A DNA stretch of 64,000 nt. Origin: an uncultured Planctomycetota bacterium (GTDB lineage Bacteria; Planctomycetota; Planctomycetia; Gemmatales; Gemmataceae). The DNA lies in the NCBI GenBank assembly GCA_963849325.1, contig CAWKHF010000009.1:320001-384000 (forward strand), in the 5' to 3' direction. Both the position numbers and the translations under genes were made by a program. Under the pieces are notes generated by a model. The model was not told where the DNA came from and did no database searches. It saw only the letters and a program-made list of their open reading frames with translations. Positions 20,021-28,346 of this stretch are shown here, in pieces. The first letter of the stretch is position 1. The number at the start of each line of letters is the position of its first letter.

Positions 20021-20288
20021 GCGCTGCTCTTCTCTCCTGATCTCCGGCACGGATTCGGGTTTAGGGCTTGGGGTTTCGGGTTTAGGGTGAAGAACCGGAA
20101 GGCGCGTCCGCCTCCTGAATCTTTTGCATCCCGAAACCTTCCTGCTCTAAACCCTAAGCCCTTCCGTCCGCGCGGGCGATTTCAACGCATCCGCCCACGG
20201 AAGTAAAGGCCAACCGCCACGGAGGAACCCCGCCTCCGGCCTGTCGGGGTCGCACGCCGGCGCAGGCACTCTCCCGAGTTCGTCCACG

Positions 20289-20317
20289 GGGATAGCCAAT
20301 CGACGGCGTCCCGTCAA
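20289..20317 (-). promoter_or_regulatory. sigma-70-like promoter of the deacetylase-GT operon
   Basis: TTGACG-N17-TATCCC. Confidence 0.45.
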
Positions 20318-20546
20318 TCCATACCGCCAACTTCGGCCCCCGCAGACCTGCGCTGAAGGAAAAGTTTTCCACACACCCTTTTGCCGGCGGGCATTCTTCT
20401 ACCCAAAGGTGGCGGCATTGCACATTCTTCCTGGTAAAACTTGCACAACCCCTCTGCGCCCGTTCTTCTCCCGCCGCCCGGACATATTTCGCAAACGATT
20501 CCATGGAAAAGGTTTCGGACTGATACCTCCTCGTTCCTGTCGATTC

Positions 20547-20562
20547 TGGCACGGCACTTGCT
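20547..20562 (+). promoter_or_regulatory. sigma-54 promoter
   Basis: TGGCACGGCACTTGCT, exact TGGCAC-N5-TTGC consensus. Confidence 0.7.
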
Positions 20563-20572
20563 TTTCAACAAC

Positions 20573-20689
20573 TTCGTGAACGAAAACTTGTCGGGCTGTT
20601 TCCCGCGGCCTGCTCCCACGCCTACGACCCATATCCCCCGAACCCTTCCCGCGAGCCGGTGACGCAAGTCACCGGCTTCTAGTCTTTTT
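20573..20689 (+). ncRNA. candidate sigma-54-dependent sRNA
   Basis: lies between the sigma-54 promoter and a GCAA-capped hairpin followed by a T-rich tail; no credible ORF. Confidence 0.4.
20654..20689 (+). terminator. intrinsic terminator-like hairpin
   Basis: AGCCGGTGAC-GCAA-GTCACCGGCT then TCTAGTCTTTTT. Confidence 0.6.
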
Positions 20690-20718
20690 AGAGGGCGTAT
20701 CCGTCGGAGCCGCGACCG

Positions 20719-22183
20719 TTAGGGAGCGGAGAAAGCTCTCACAAACAGTTCCTTCACCGGCCGGCCCGTGCCGTCCAGTGTGACGTAGAACGGACGCTTC
20801 TCGACGTCGAAGGCGGTGCGCGGCGAGATGCCCAGCGCCGTCAGGATGGTCGCATGCAGGTCGGGAATGGTGATGGGGTTCTTCGTGACCAGCAGCGGCC
20901 GTTCCTTCGCCGTCTCGCCGTAGAGGAAACCCTTCTTCATGCCGCCGCCACAAAGCAGGACCGAGCCGGAGCCGGTGAAGTGCCGATGCAATCCGTAATG
21001 AATCATCTTCTCCATGCGGTCGGCCTTGGCCCGCGATTGATCTCGGGCCGTGCTGCCGGGCACGCCCTCGATCATCATGTCGCGGCTGAACTCGCTGGCG
21101 AGGACGACCAGGGTACGCTCCAGCAGTCCGCGCGCCTCCAGGTCGCGGATGAGCTGAGCGATGGGACGGTCGATCTCCTGCTTCATCCGCTGGTAGGTCG
21201 TGTGTCCGTTTTCGTGCGTGTCCCAGTGCAGGAACGGCACGTACTCCGTTGTCACCTCGATGAAGCGCGCCCCCGCCTCGGCCAATCGGCGGGCCAGCAG
21301 ACAGCCCAGGCCGAAGCGGCCGGTGTTGTAGCGGTCGAAACTTGTCCTTCGGCTCCTTCGTCAAGTCGAAAGAGTCGCGCTCCTTCGAGCTGAGCAGACG
21401 GTGAGCGTTCTCGACGGCACGCAGCATGGACTGCTGATGATAGTCTCCGGCCATCTCGCCCAGCGGGCTTTGCTTGACCAGCTCCTTGTAGCGCTTCATC
21501 CGGCCCTCGAACCGTTCGCGCGTCATCCCCTTGGGCGGGCGGACGGCGGCGACGGCGTCGGTCGGGAAGGGCAGGTTGAAGGGGCCATATTCGCTGCCGA
21601 AGAAGCCGCCGGTCGTGAACGCCTTCAGCTCCTCCGATTCGCCGATGCCCTCCAGCCGCTGGCCGATGTTGAGAAAGGCGGGGATGGCGGGATTGTTGGG
21701 TCCGCGCACCCGCGCGATCCAGGAGCCGAGGTGCGGCACGGCGACGGTCTGCGGCGGCACATAGCCGGTGTGCCAGTGATACTGGTGCCGCGAGTGCAAG
21801 ATGTTGCCCAGGTCGGCGACGACGTGCGAACGGATGAGCGTGGCCCGGTCCATGACCTTGGCGACGTTTTCCAGCCCCTGCGCGAGCTTGATGTTGTCCA
21901 CGACCGTGTCGATGGTCGGGAACGTACACAGGATTTTGTCGGCGGGCACGCCGACCTCGAAGGCGGTGTAGCGCTTGGGGTCGAACGTCTCGGGCGCCGC
22001 CATGCCGCCGGCCATCCACAGGAGGATGCAGGTGTCGGCGGTGGCCTTGGGGTGCTTGATTTTTTCCTCTGCCGCGACCAGGCGCGGCTCGCCGGCGGCC
22101 AGCGTGGTCAGGGCCGCCGCGCTCAGGCCATGCAGGAAGTCGCGGCGAGTGACATTCGGATTTGCCTGGAGATGTGCTGTCAT
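20719..22183 (-). CDS. DUF1501 Tat-exported protein (frameshift near 21330)
   Basis: TRRDFL Tat motif, LWMAGG...ETFDPK, WDTH, SEFSR. Confidence 0.88.
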
Positions 22184-22200
22184 GGTGGGGATACTCCACT

Positions 22201-22554
22201 CTATGCGATCTCAAGCGCCGCCTTCAAACAGTCGTTGAGCCGCTGTTTCAACACGTCGGACAGATGACCAATCACTCGTTGGATCTTTACCTGTTCGACG
22301 ACAAAGAGGTTGTTGCACGACGCCACCGAGGGACCGTGGATGCCAGCTGAGGCTCCTTCGGGAGCAGCGGGATCAATCAGGAAGTGGCTGGGATCTCCGA
22401 GCCGCTTTTGATTGCCCGTGATGATAACGATAATTGTCTTCCGCAGCCTGGCGTTATCCCGGTCGTTCTGAACGATAATCGCCGGGCGAGCTTTCGACCG
22501 TGCCGCATCCGTGAACGGAACGTCAGCGATCACCACGTCACCGCGTCGGATCAT
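22201..22554 (-). CDS. PemK/MazF family toxin
   Basis: RGDVV..DVPFTD....KARPAIIVQND.DN. Confidence 0.9.
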   Translation of the reverse strand: MIRRGDVVIADVPFTDAARSKARPAIIVQNDRDNARLRKTIIVIITGNQKRLGDPSHFLIDPAAPEGASAGIHGPSVASCNNLFVVEQVKIQRVIGHLSDVLKQRLNDCLKAALEIA

Positions 22555-22972
22555 CAGAGCCTCGGTACTTTTGATAGCTCTCTAGTAAGGGATCGTTTTC
22601 ATCATCTTCGCGCATCGCATCCGCGATCAGAGCACCGACGTCAATCCCGTCGATCTCCTCCTCATCCTCAAGAACGCCCTTCGGGCGCCCGGACATCTCA
22701 ATCTTCCGCCGAATTTCTTCCGCCTGCTCCTCCTGTTCGCGGAGGTACTGTTCGACCGCTTCTCGATGGTCCAGATAATAACCGATCAGCGTGTAGACGT
22801 CCGCCAGGCGAAGTGTATCGAATGAGTCCACAATCTCTTCCGGCGTGGCGCCATCCTTGTACGACTCGACGATCCGTTCCAGGGGGATTCGCGTACCCGT
22901 CACCCGGTATACGCCGTTGTCCAGGCGGGTTAAGGGGACTGCCCTCGGTTCAAGAACCAGAATCGATGTCAT
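22538..22972 (-). CDS. DUF433 putative antitoxin with acidic C-terminal extension
   Basis: RV.GTRIPL..IV..Y..G.TPEEI...F.TL.LADVY..I.YYL; overlaps the toxin start. Confidence 0.8.
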   Translation of the reverse strand: MTSILVLEPRAVPLTRLDNGVYRVTGTRIPLERIVESYKDGATPEEIVDSFDTLRLADVYTLIGYYLDHREAVEQYLREQEEQAEEIRRKIEMSGRPKGVLEDEEEIDGIDVGALIADAMREDDENDPLLESYQKYRGSDDPTR

Positions 22973-22997
22973 AACACTCCTCCTTTTCAATCCTATT

Positions 22998-24913
22998 TTA
23001 CCGTATCATCTGAAACTCCGGCAGCATGAACACCGCCCACAGCAGGTCCGCCAACGATTCCGGCGTGACCGACGGCCCCAGGATGTCGCGTCCGGTGGCC
23101 AACTCCGCGGCCGTCGGTCGGCGGCACAACGCCCGCAAGTAAATCCGCTCGATCCGCTGCTCGGCCGTCGGCTTTCGGACTCGTCTTTGAGCAAGTTCGC
23201 CGCCCCGCGCGTGAGGGTATCGGCCAGGATGGGGCCGTTGGACAGGTCCAGCGCCTGCAGCGTGGTCAGCTGATCGGGCCGCGTGGTGACGACCTGCTCG
23301 CGGTTGGGCCGGCCCAGCGAGCGCATCAGGGCGTCGGCCCTCACCAGGGCCGCGCGGACGTATTGCCGCTCTGGCGGCGTCGTGACAGGATACGGAGGCG
23401 ACGCGACCGGGGCGATGGCCTTCGCCGGCGCCGTGCGCGTGATCTGCCACACCGCGTCCAGGAACTGCTCGGCCGTCATCCGCTTCAGCTCCGGCCCGTG
23501 AAAGACGTAGCTCTCGGCCGTCCCTTCCTCCTTGTGTACCACCGCACGGGACTGATAGGTCCGCGAGAGAAGGATGTGTTCGAGGAGCTGCTTCATGTCG
23601 TAGCCATGATCGGCCAGGTACACGCCGAGGTAGTCGAGCAAGTCATCGTCCCACGGCTTGTTGGCCATCACGTCCACGGGATGAACGATGCCGCGGCCGA
23701 ACAGGCGCTGCCAAAGGCGGTTGGCGAGGGTCCGCGTGAAGCGGCCGTTGTCCGGGTGCGTGACAAGACGCGCCAGTTGCTCGAGCCGCCTGGCTCGCGG
23801 CTGGGAAGCGTCGATGCCGCCCAGCTGTGGCCAGAGGAAGCGAGGCACGGCCTTGCGGCCGAGCGGTTTGTCGCAGCGGTGCATCTCCAGCGGACGATCG
23901 GCGATGACCGCCGCCAGGCTGTAGGCGTCGTCCAGCTTCCAGGTGTCGATGAAGCTGTCGTGACACGAGGCGCATTTCATGTTGATGCCGAAGAACACCT
24001 GCGAGACGTTCTGCGAAAATTGCAGTTCCGGCACCTGGCTGGCGTTGACCCGGCCGCGCCACTTGATGCCCTTGATGAATCCTTCCGACTCCGCCGATGG
24101 GCTGATCAATTCACGGACGAATTGATCGTAGGGCTTGTTGTCCAGCAGCGAGCGATAGAGCCAGCCGGTGATCTGCTGGCGGCCGCCGTCGATGTAGCCG
24201 GTGCCCTGGTAGTCGTTGCGCAGCAGATCGTTCCAGAAGGTCAACCAGTGCTCGGCGTAGGCGCGGCGATCATCCAGAAGTCGGCGGATCAGCCGCGCGC
24301 GTTTGTCGGCGGTCGAGTCGTGGACGAAGGCGGCTCAGTTCCTCGGGCGCCGGTAGCTGGCCAATCACGTCGAGGTACAACCGGCGGGCGAAGGCGGCAT
24401 CGTCATCGAGCGCGGCCGGCGGCGTCAGATGGTTGCGAGCATAGTAGGCGTCGAGGATGCGGTCGATCGGATGGTCATGGCCGGCGCGGACGGGGGTAGG
24501 ACCGGCCGACGAGGTTGGAGCGGAGGCGTGTAGGCGTTCGCCTGGAAGGTGAATCCTTCCTGCCAGGGCAACCCCTGGTCGATCCACGCGCGCAGGAGGG
24601 CGACCTCTTTGTCCGTGAGCCGTTCGCCCTTGGGCGGCATGCGTTCGTCGGGATCGCGGGACGTTATGCGCTTCACCAGTTCGCTATCGCCGCTTTTGCC
24701 GGGCACGACCACCTTGGCCCTGAGCACCGCCGCCCGCGTATCCAGCGAGAGCGATCCCTTGTGTTTGCCGTTGGTATGGCATTCGCCGCAGCGGGCCTTG
24801 AGGATCGGCACGACGTCGTGCGCGAAATCGATCGGCTTCGACGCCGGCTCCGCGGCGCACGCCGGCGGCAGCGGACAGGCAAGGGCGAGAAGGCCGACAA
24901 GAATTCGGCGCAT
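22998..24913 (-). CDS. planctomycete cytochrome c / DUF1549 / DUF1553 (PSD1) protein (frameshifts)
   Basis: CGECH and CASCH heme motifs, RMPP.G, RRLYLD..G, NRLW..LFGRGIV. Confidence 0.88.
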
Positions 24914-25172
24914 GCAACCGTTCCTTTCGCGTTCGGATGGACTCGATTCCTTTCGTTGTAACCTACGGCAACCCGTCGAACCAGTCCCCGGTGATCGATT
25001 CTCCTCTCCTTCGCCGATCTGCTAGAGTATCGGCAGCAACCTCCGCACGGTCCAGCTGGCTCCGTGGGGACGGCGCTTCAGGGGATGATCGGCCCATGCG
25101 ATCGCAGGATTTGCGGAAGACCGAAAGAGCGCGTCGGCCCCGACCCGCGCCGCGCGGAAGCGGAAGACGCCC

Positions 25173-25913
25173 TTGCCGCCGCCCCAGAAACCCGTCGATT
25201 ATCGCCAACCCCGCCGCGTCTACGAGGCCATCCGGGTCGGCAACGGGACCGTGCTGGTCGAGAAGCAACTGCTTTCCGACGCCCCCGACGTTGCCAAACA
25301 ATCGCTGGCGCGACTGAGGAAGAAATGGAGTGAGGCGCTTGCGGCCCTTCCCCGCGCCGTCCGCGCGGACATGCGGAAACTGCCGCTTTTTCTCCTCTAC
25401 GGACCCAAAGCCAAGGGCGGCGGCCGCGACAACGGACTCGAATACTTCCCGAAGAACGCACCCAGGCATCACCGCACGCTCGATCCGCGCTGGAGCAACT
25501 GCGTGGTCGTTTATTGTGCCGAGAATTACCTGCGGATTTCGGACTTCTGGGCGCTGAAGGCGCTGGTGCATGAGTTCGCCCACGCTCATCATCTGGGACA
25601 ATGGCCGGAGGACCAGCCGGACATTTACCAGGGCTGGAAAAACGCCGTCAAACGTCGCCTCTATCGCGGCGTCCCGGATGCCGAGGGCCGGAAGATCGTC
25701 CGGGCGTATGCGCTGGTGAACCAGCTGGAATACTTCGCCGAGCTGTCCTGCGCGTATTTCGTCGGCTGCAATTATCGGCCGTTCAATCGAGCCGAACTGA
25801 AGACCTACGATCCGGCTGGTTATGCCCTAATTCAAAAGATGTGGGGCGTGAAAGACAAGGCCGAGTCGCGACCGTCAGGGAGCGGTTCTCGCGGCCAAAA
25901 CCCCGCTCCCTGA
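25173..25913 (+). CDS. zinc metallopeptidase (lethal-factor/MtfA-like zincin); start uncertain
   Basis: LVHEFAHAHH followed by YA..N..EYFAE. Confidence 0.75.
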   Translation: MPPPQKPVDYRQPRRVYEAIRVGNGTVLVEKQLLSDAPDVAKQSLARLRKKWSEALAALPRAVRADMRKLPLFLLYGPKAKGGGRDNGLEYFPKNAPRHHRTLDPRWSNCVVVYCAENYLRISDFWALKALVHEFAHAHHLGQWPEDQPDIYQGWKNAVKRRLYRGVPDAEGRKIVRAYALVNQLEYFAELSCAYFVGCNYRPFNRAELKTYDPAGYALIQKMWGVKDKAESRPSGSGSRGQNPAP

Positions 25914-25927
25914 CGGTCGCGGCTCGG
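25861..25927. repeat. REP-like palindrome (GAGCCGCGACCGTCAGGGAGCGG family)
   Basis: inverted arms; a half copy also at 20708. Confidence 0.8.
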
Positions 25928-25933
25928 TTGGGG

Positions 25934-25971
25934 AAACACAAAGGCCGGCTCCCCCGAAGGGGAACCGGCCT
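25934..25971 (-). terminator. intrinsic terminator
   Basis: GGCCGGTTCCCC-TTCG-GGGGAGCCGGCC-TTTGTGTTT. Confidence 0.75.
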
Positions 25972-26001
25972 GTGTCGCACTGTCGCCCAATCAGTACGAC
26001 A
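25934..26001 (-). ncRNA. candidate two-hairpin sRNA
   Basis: TTGCGG-N17-CATCTT upstream; hairpin GUCGUACUG/CAGUGCGAC; UUCG-capped terminator. Confidence 0.35.
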
Positions 26002-26087
26002 AAAACTAAGATGCCACAACCCTGACCTCTCCGCAAGAGCGAAAGAATTACTTCTTCGTAAGCATTTCGCCGCTCGTAGGGCGGCCG

Positions 26088-26141
26088 TCCGAGCCGGAAG
26101 CGTAAGCGAAGAGCAACCTTCGCTTACGCTTCCGGCTCGGA
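26088..26141. repeat. REP-like palindrome
   Basis: TCCGAGCCGGAAGCGTAAGCGAAG...CTTCGCTTACGCTTCCGGCTCGGA; contains the MFS stop codon. Confidence 0.8.
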
Positions 26142-27422
26142 TAGAAACTCACTTGTTCCGGCGCGCCGATGGCAGAGCAGATAGAACAACGCGGCCCCCA
26201 CCCCGCCGCAACCGCAGGCGACATACAACAGTACCTCCGGGCCGAGGCTGAGCCACAATCCGGCCCCGGCCAGCGACGCGGTGCAGACGGCGAAGCTGCG
26301 GATGCCCCAGTACAATCCTACCCCGCGCGCCCGCACCTCCGGCGGCAACAGCGACGTGATAAGCGCCTTGCGGGCCGGCTCGCCGATCTCGCGCAGACCC
26401 TGGACGACAAACGCCAGCACCAGCCAATCGCCGCCCGGCAGCAGTGCCAGCGCCAGCGGAAACAGGGCGAAGAAGAGGAACGTCAGTCCGATGAACGGCT
26501 GCAAACCGACTGTCCGCGTCAGCCGGCCGATGGGCAGGTACGTCAGCAGGGCCACCGTGTTCTGCACGGCGACGAAGACGCCGAACTGTTCCAGCGACAG
26601 GCCGCGCACGAAATACACGTAGAGGACGATGAAATCGCGCACCAGCCAATCGCACCAGCGTTTGAAGACCTCGGCCAGCAAGAGACGCCGCAACGTCGGG
26701 TGCATCCGCCGCAGGACTTCGCCGACGGAATGATCCGACGCCGGCGGCTGACGGTGCGGCATCCATCGCCACTGCACGGCCAGCGAGACCAGACCCAGGA
26801 GCAACGACACACGGACCAGCCAGCGCATGCCGTCCACGGTCCCTTGTTCGTCGCCGCGTAGCCTTTGTGCCTGCGTCAGCACGAAGCCGGCGATGAGCGG
26901 GCCGAGCACCTTGGGCAGTCGTTTCTGGATCGATTGCAGGGCGAAGGCCATGCCGCGGCCGGATCGGCTCACAGTGGCGCCGACGGTCGTGAACGTGACC
27001 GGCACGGATAGCGGCTCCCAGCCGAGGATGAGCAGGGCGGCGAGCACGGCCCCCGCCGGCGCTCCCCAGGCCAACAACAAAACATATCCGCCGACCGTCA
27101 GCATACCGAACAGCAGTAGCGAACCGCGATCGCCCAGGCGGGCCGTCAATTGTCCACCGCCAATGTAGCAGAGGCCCTCGAACAGGTTGCGCAGGCAGGT
27201 GTAAATGCCGACGGTCCACAGGGTCGAAACGGCCAGGCCGACCGGCGACGGCGCGGCCCGGATCGCGTCCTTGCTCCGTGCCTGCAAGTACACCGGCATG
27301 TACGGCTCCCACAACTGCTCGCCCAGGCCGAAGCAGAGCACGGCGAGGAGGACGACCGCTAACGTGCGGTTGAGGACCAGCAGTTTCGCCAAGGAAGGCC
27401 GAGCTTTCGGGGATGCCGTCAT
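26124..27422 (-). CDS. MFS transporter
   Basis: about 12 hydrophobic helices, GG.L..RLGDR motif. Confidence 0.85.
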   Translation of the reverse strand: MTASPKARPSLAKLLVLNRTLAVVLLAVLCFGLGEQLWEPYMPVYLQARSKDAIRAAPSPVGLAVSTLWTVGIYTCLRNLFEGLCYIGGGQLTARLGDRGSLLLFGMLTVGGYVLLLAWGAPAGAVLAALLILGWEPLSVPVTFTTVGATVSRSGRGMAFALQSIQKRLPKVLGPLIAGFVLTQAQRLRGDEQGTVDGMRWLVRVSLLLGLVSLAVQWRWMPHRQPPASDHSVGEVLRRMHPTLRRLLLAEVFKRWCDWLVRDFIVLYVYFVRGLSLEQFGVFVAVQNTVALLTYLPIGRLTRTVGLQPFIGLTFLFFALFPLALALLPGGDWLVLAFVVQGLREIGEPARKALITSLLPPEVRARGVGLYWGIRSFAVCTASLAGAGLWLSLGPEVLLYVACGCGGVGAALFYLLCHRRAGTSEFLSEPEA

Positions 27423-27470
27423 GATGCCATGATATAATGATTGCGGCACGCCCGTGGAGGATCGTTCCTC

Positions 27471-27860
27471 ATGTCCGAGTCGGTACAGAACGCCAAACGT
27501 GTGTTGAGCGTTGGCCAGTGTTTTGCCGATCATTCCGCCATCGCGCGGGTGCTGCGCGGCTCTTTCGGAGCAGAAGTTGTCGGTGCCGACACACGGCGGG
27601 AAGCCCTGGAATTGCTTCGTCAGGAGACTTTCGCGCTAATCCTGGTCAATCGCGTCTTCGACGCGGACGGCTCGTCCGGGCTGGACCTGATCGGAGCGAT
27701 CCGGGCCGATGAGGAGATGCGTAACGTCCCCGTCATGCTGGTGAGCAACTACGAGGACGCCCAGGCGCAGGCCGTGAAGATGGGAGCGACGCCCGGCTTC
27801 GGAAAGGCGGCGCTAGGGCAGGCGCACATGCTGGCTCGCGTCGAGCCGCATCTAAGCTGA
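27471..27860 (+). CDS. single-domain response-regulator-like protein (atypical receiver)
   Basis: VLSVGQC..D, LILVNR.FD.DG..GL, PVMLVSNY; lacks the canonical Asp. Confidence 0.75.
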   Translation: MSESVQNAKRVLSVGQCFADHSAIARVLRGSFGAEVVGADTRREALELLRQETFALILVNRVFDADGSSGLDLIGAIRADEEMRNVPVMLVSNYEDAQAQAVKMGATPGFGKAALGQAHMLARVEPHLS

Positions 27861-28220
27861 CCCCGCCATCCCGCGTCGTTTGACGACATGCGCGCGAGAT
27901 AGCAAGATCGCGCGTAGGTTATCCTGGGAACCCTGGGACGCCTCGATCATGCCGCGCGTCTTCGCGGCTGCCTCGTCGCATTGGCGCAGATACGCTTCAA
28001 ACGGAGTGGAGTCTGCAAGGAAGCGGCTGATGACCGCGTAAACGTCGGCCAGGTTGAGGGCGTCATAGGACTGGACGATGGACTCCGGCGTGGAGCCGGC
28101 CTTGAAAGCACGGAGGACCAACTCCAGAAGGACACGACTCTTGCCCACGCGAAAGACGCCCGCTGGCTCCTCACGGAGCGGCACCGCAACGGTTAGAGGC
28201 TCGAAATCAAGCGTCGTCAT
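27852..28220 (-). CDS. DUF433 protein
   Basis: RVGKSRVLLELVL.AF..G.TPE.IVQSY..L.LADVY. Confidence 0.8.
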   Translation of the reverse strand: MTTLDFEPLTVAVPLREEPAGVFRVGKSRVLLELVLRAFKAGSTPESIVQSYDALNLADVYAVISRFLADSTPFEAYLRQCDEAAAKTRGMIEASQGSQDNLRAILLSRAHVVKRRGMAGSA

Positions 28221-28346
28221 CGGCTCAACCCTTTCAGTCAACGAACCTCCCGTATTGTACGTCTGTCCAACCACGTCTCCGTCCATAGCGGCCGATGGAG
28301 GCTATATCCGCGTGGCGATCGTGCGGGAGGAAGACGGCTGACGATC

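Noticed and set aside
20160-20285. Possible riboswitch in the deacetylase operon leader
   Set aside because: GC-rich hairpins are possible but no known aptamer consensus was recognised
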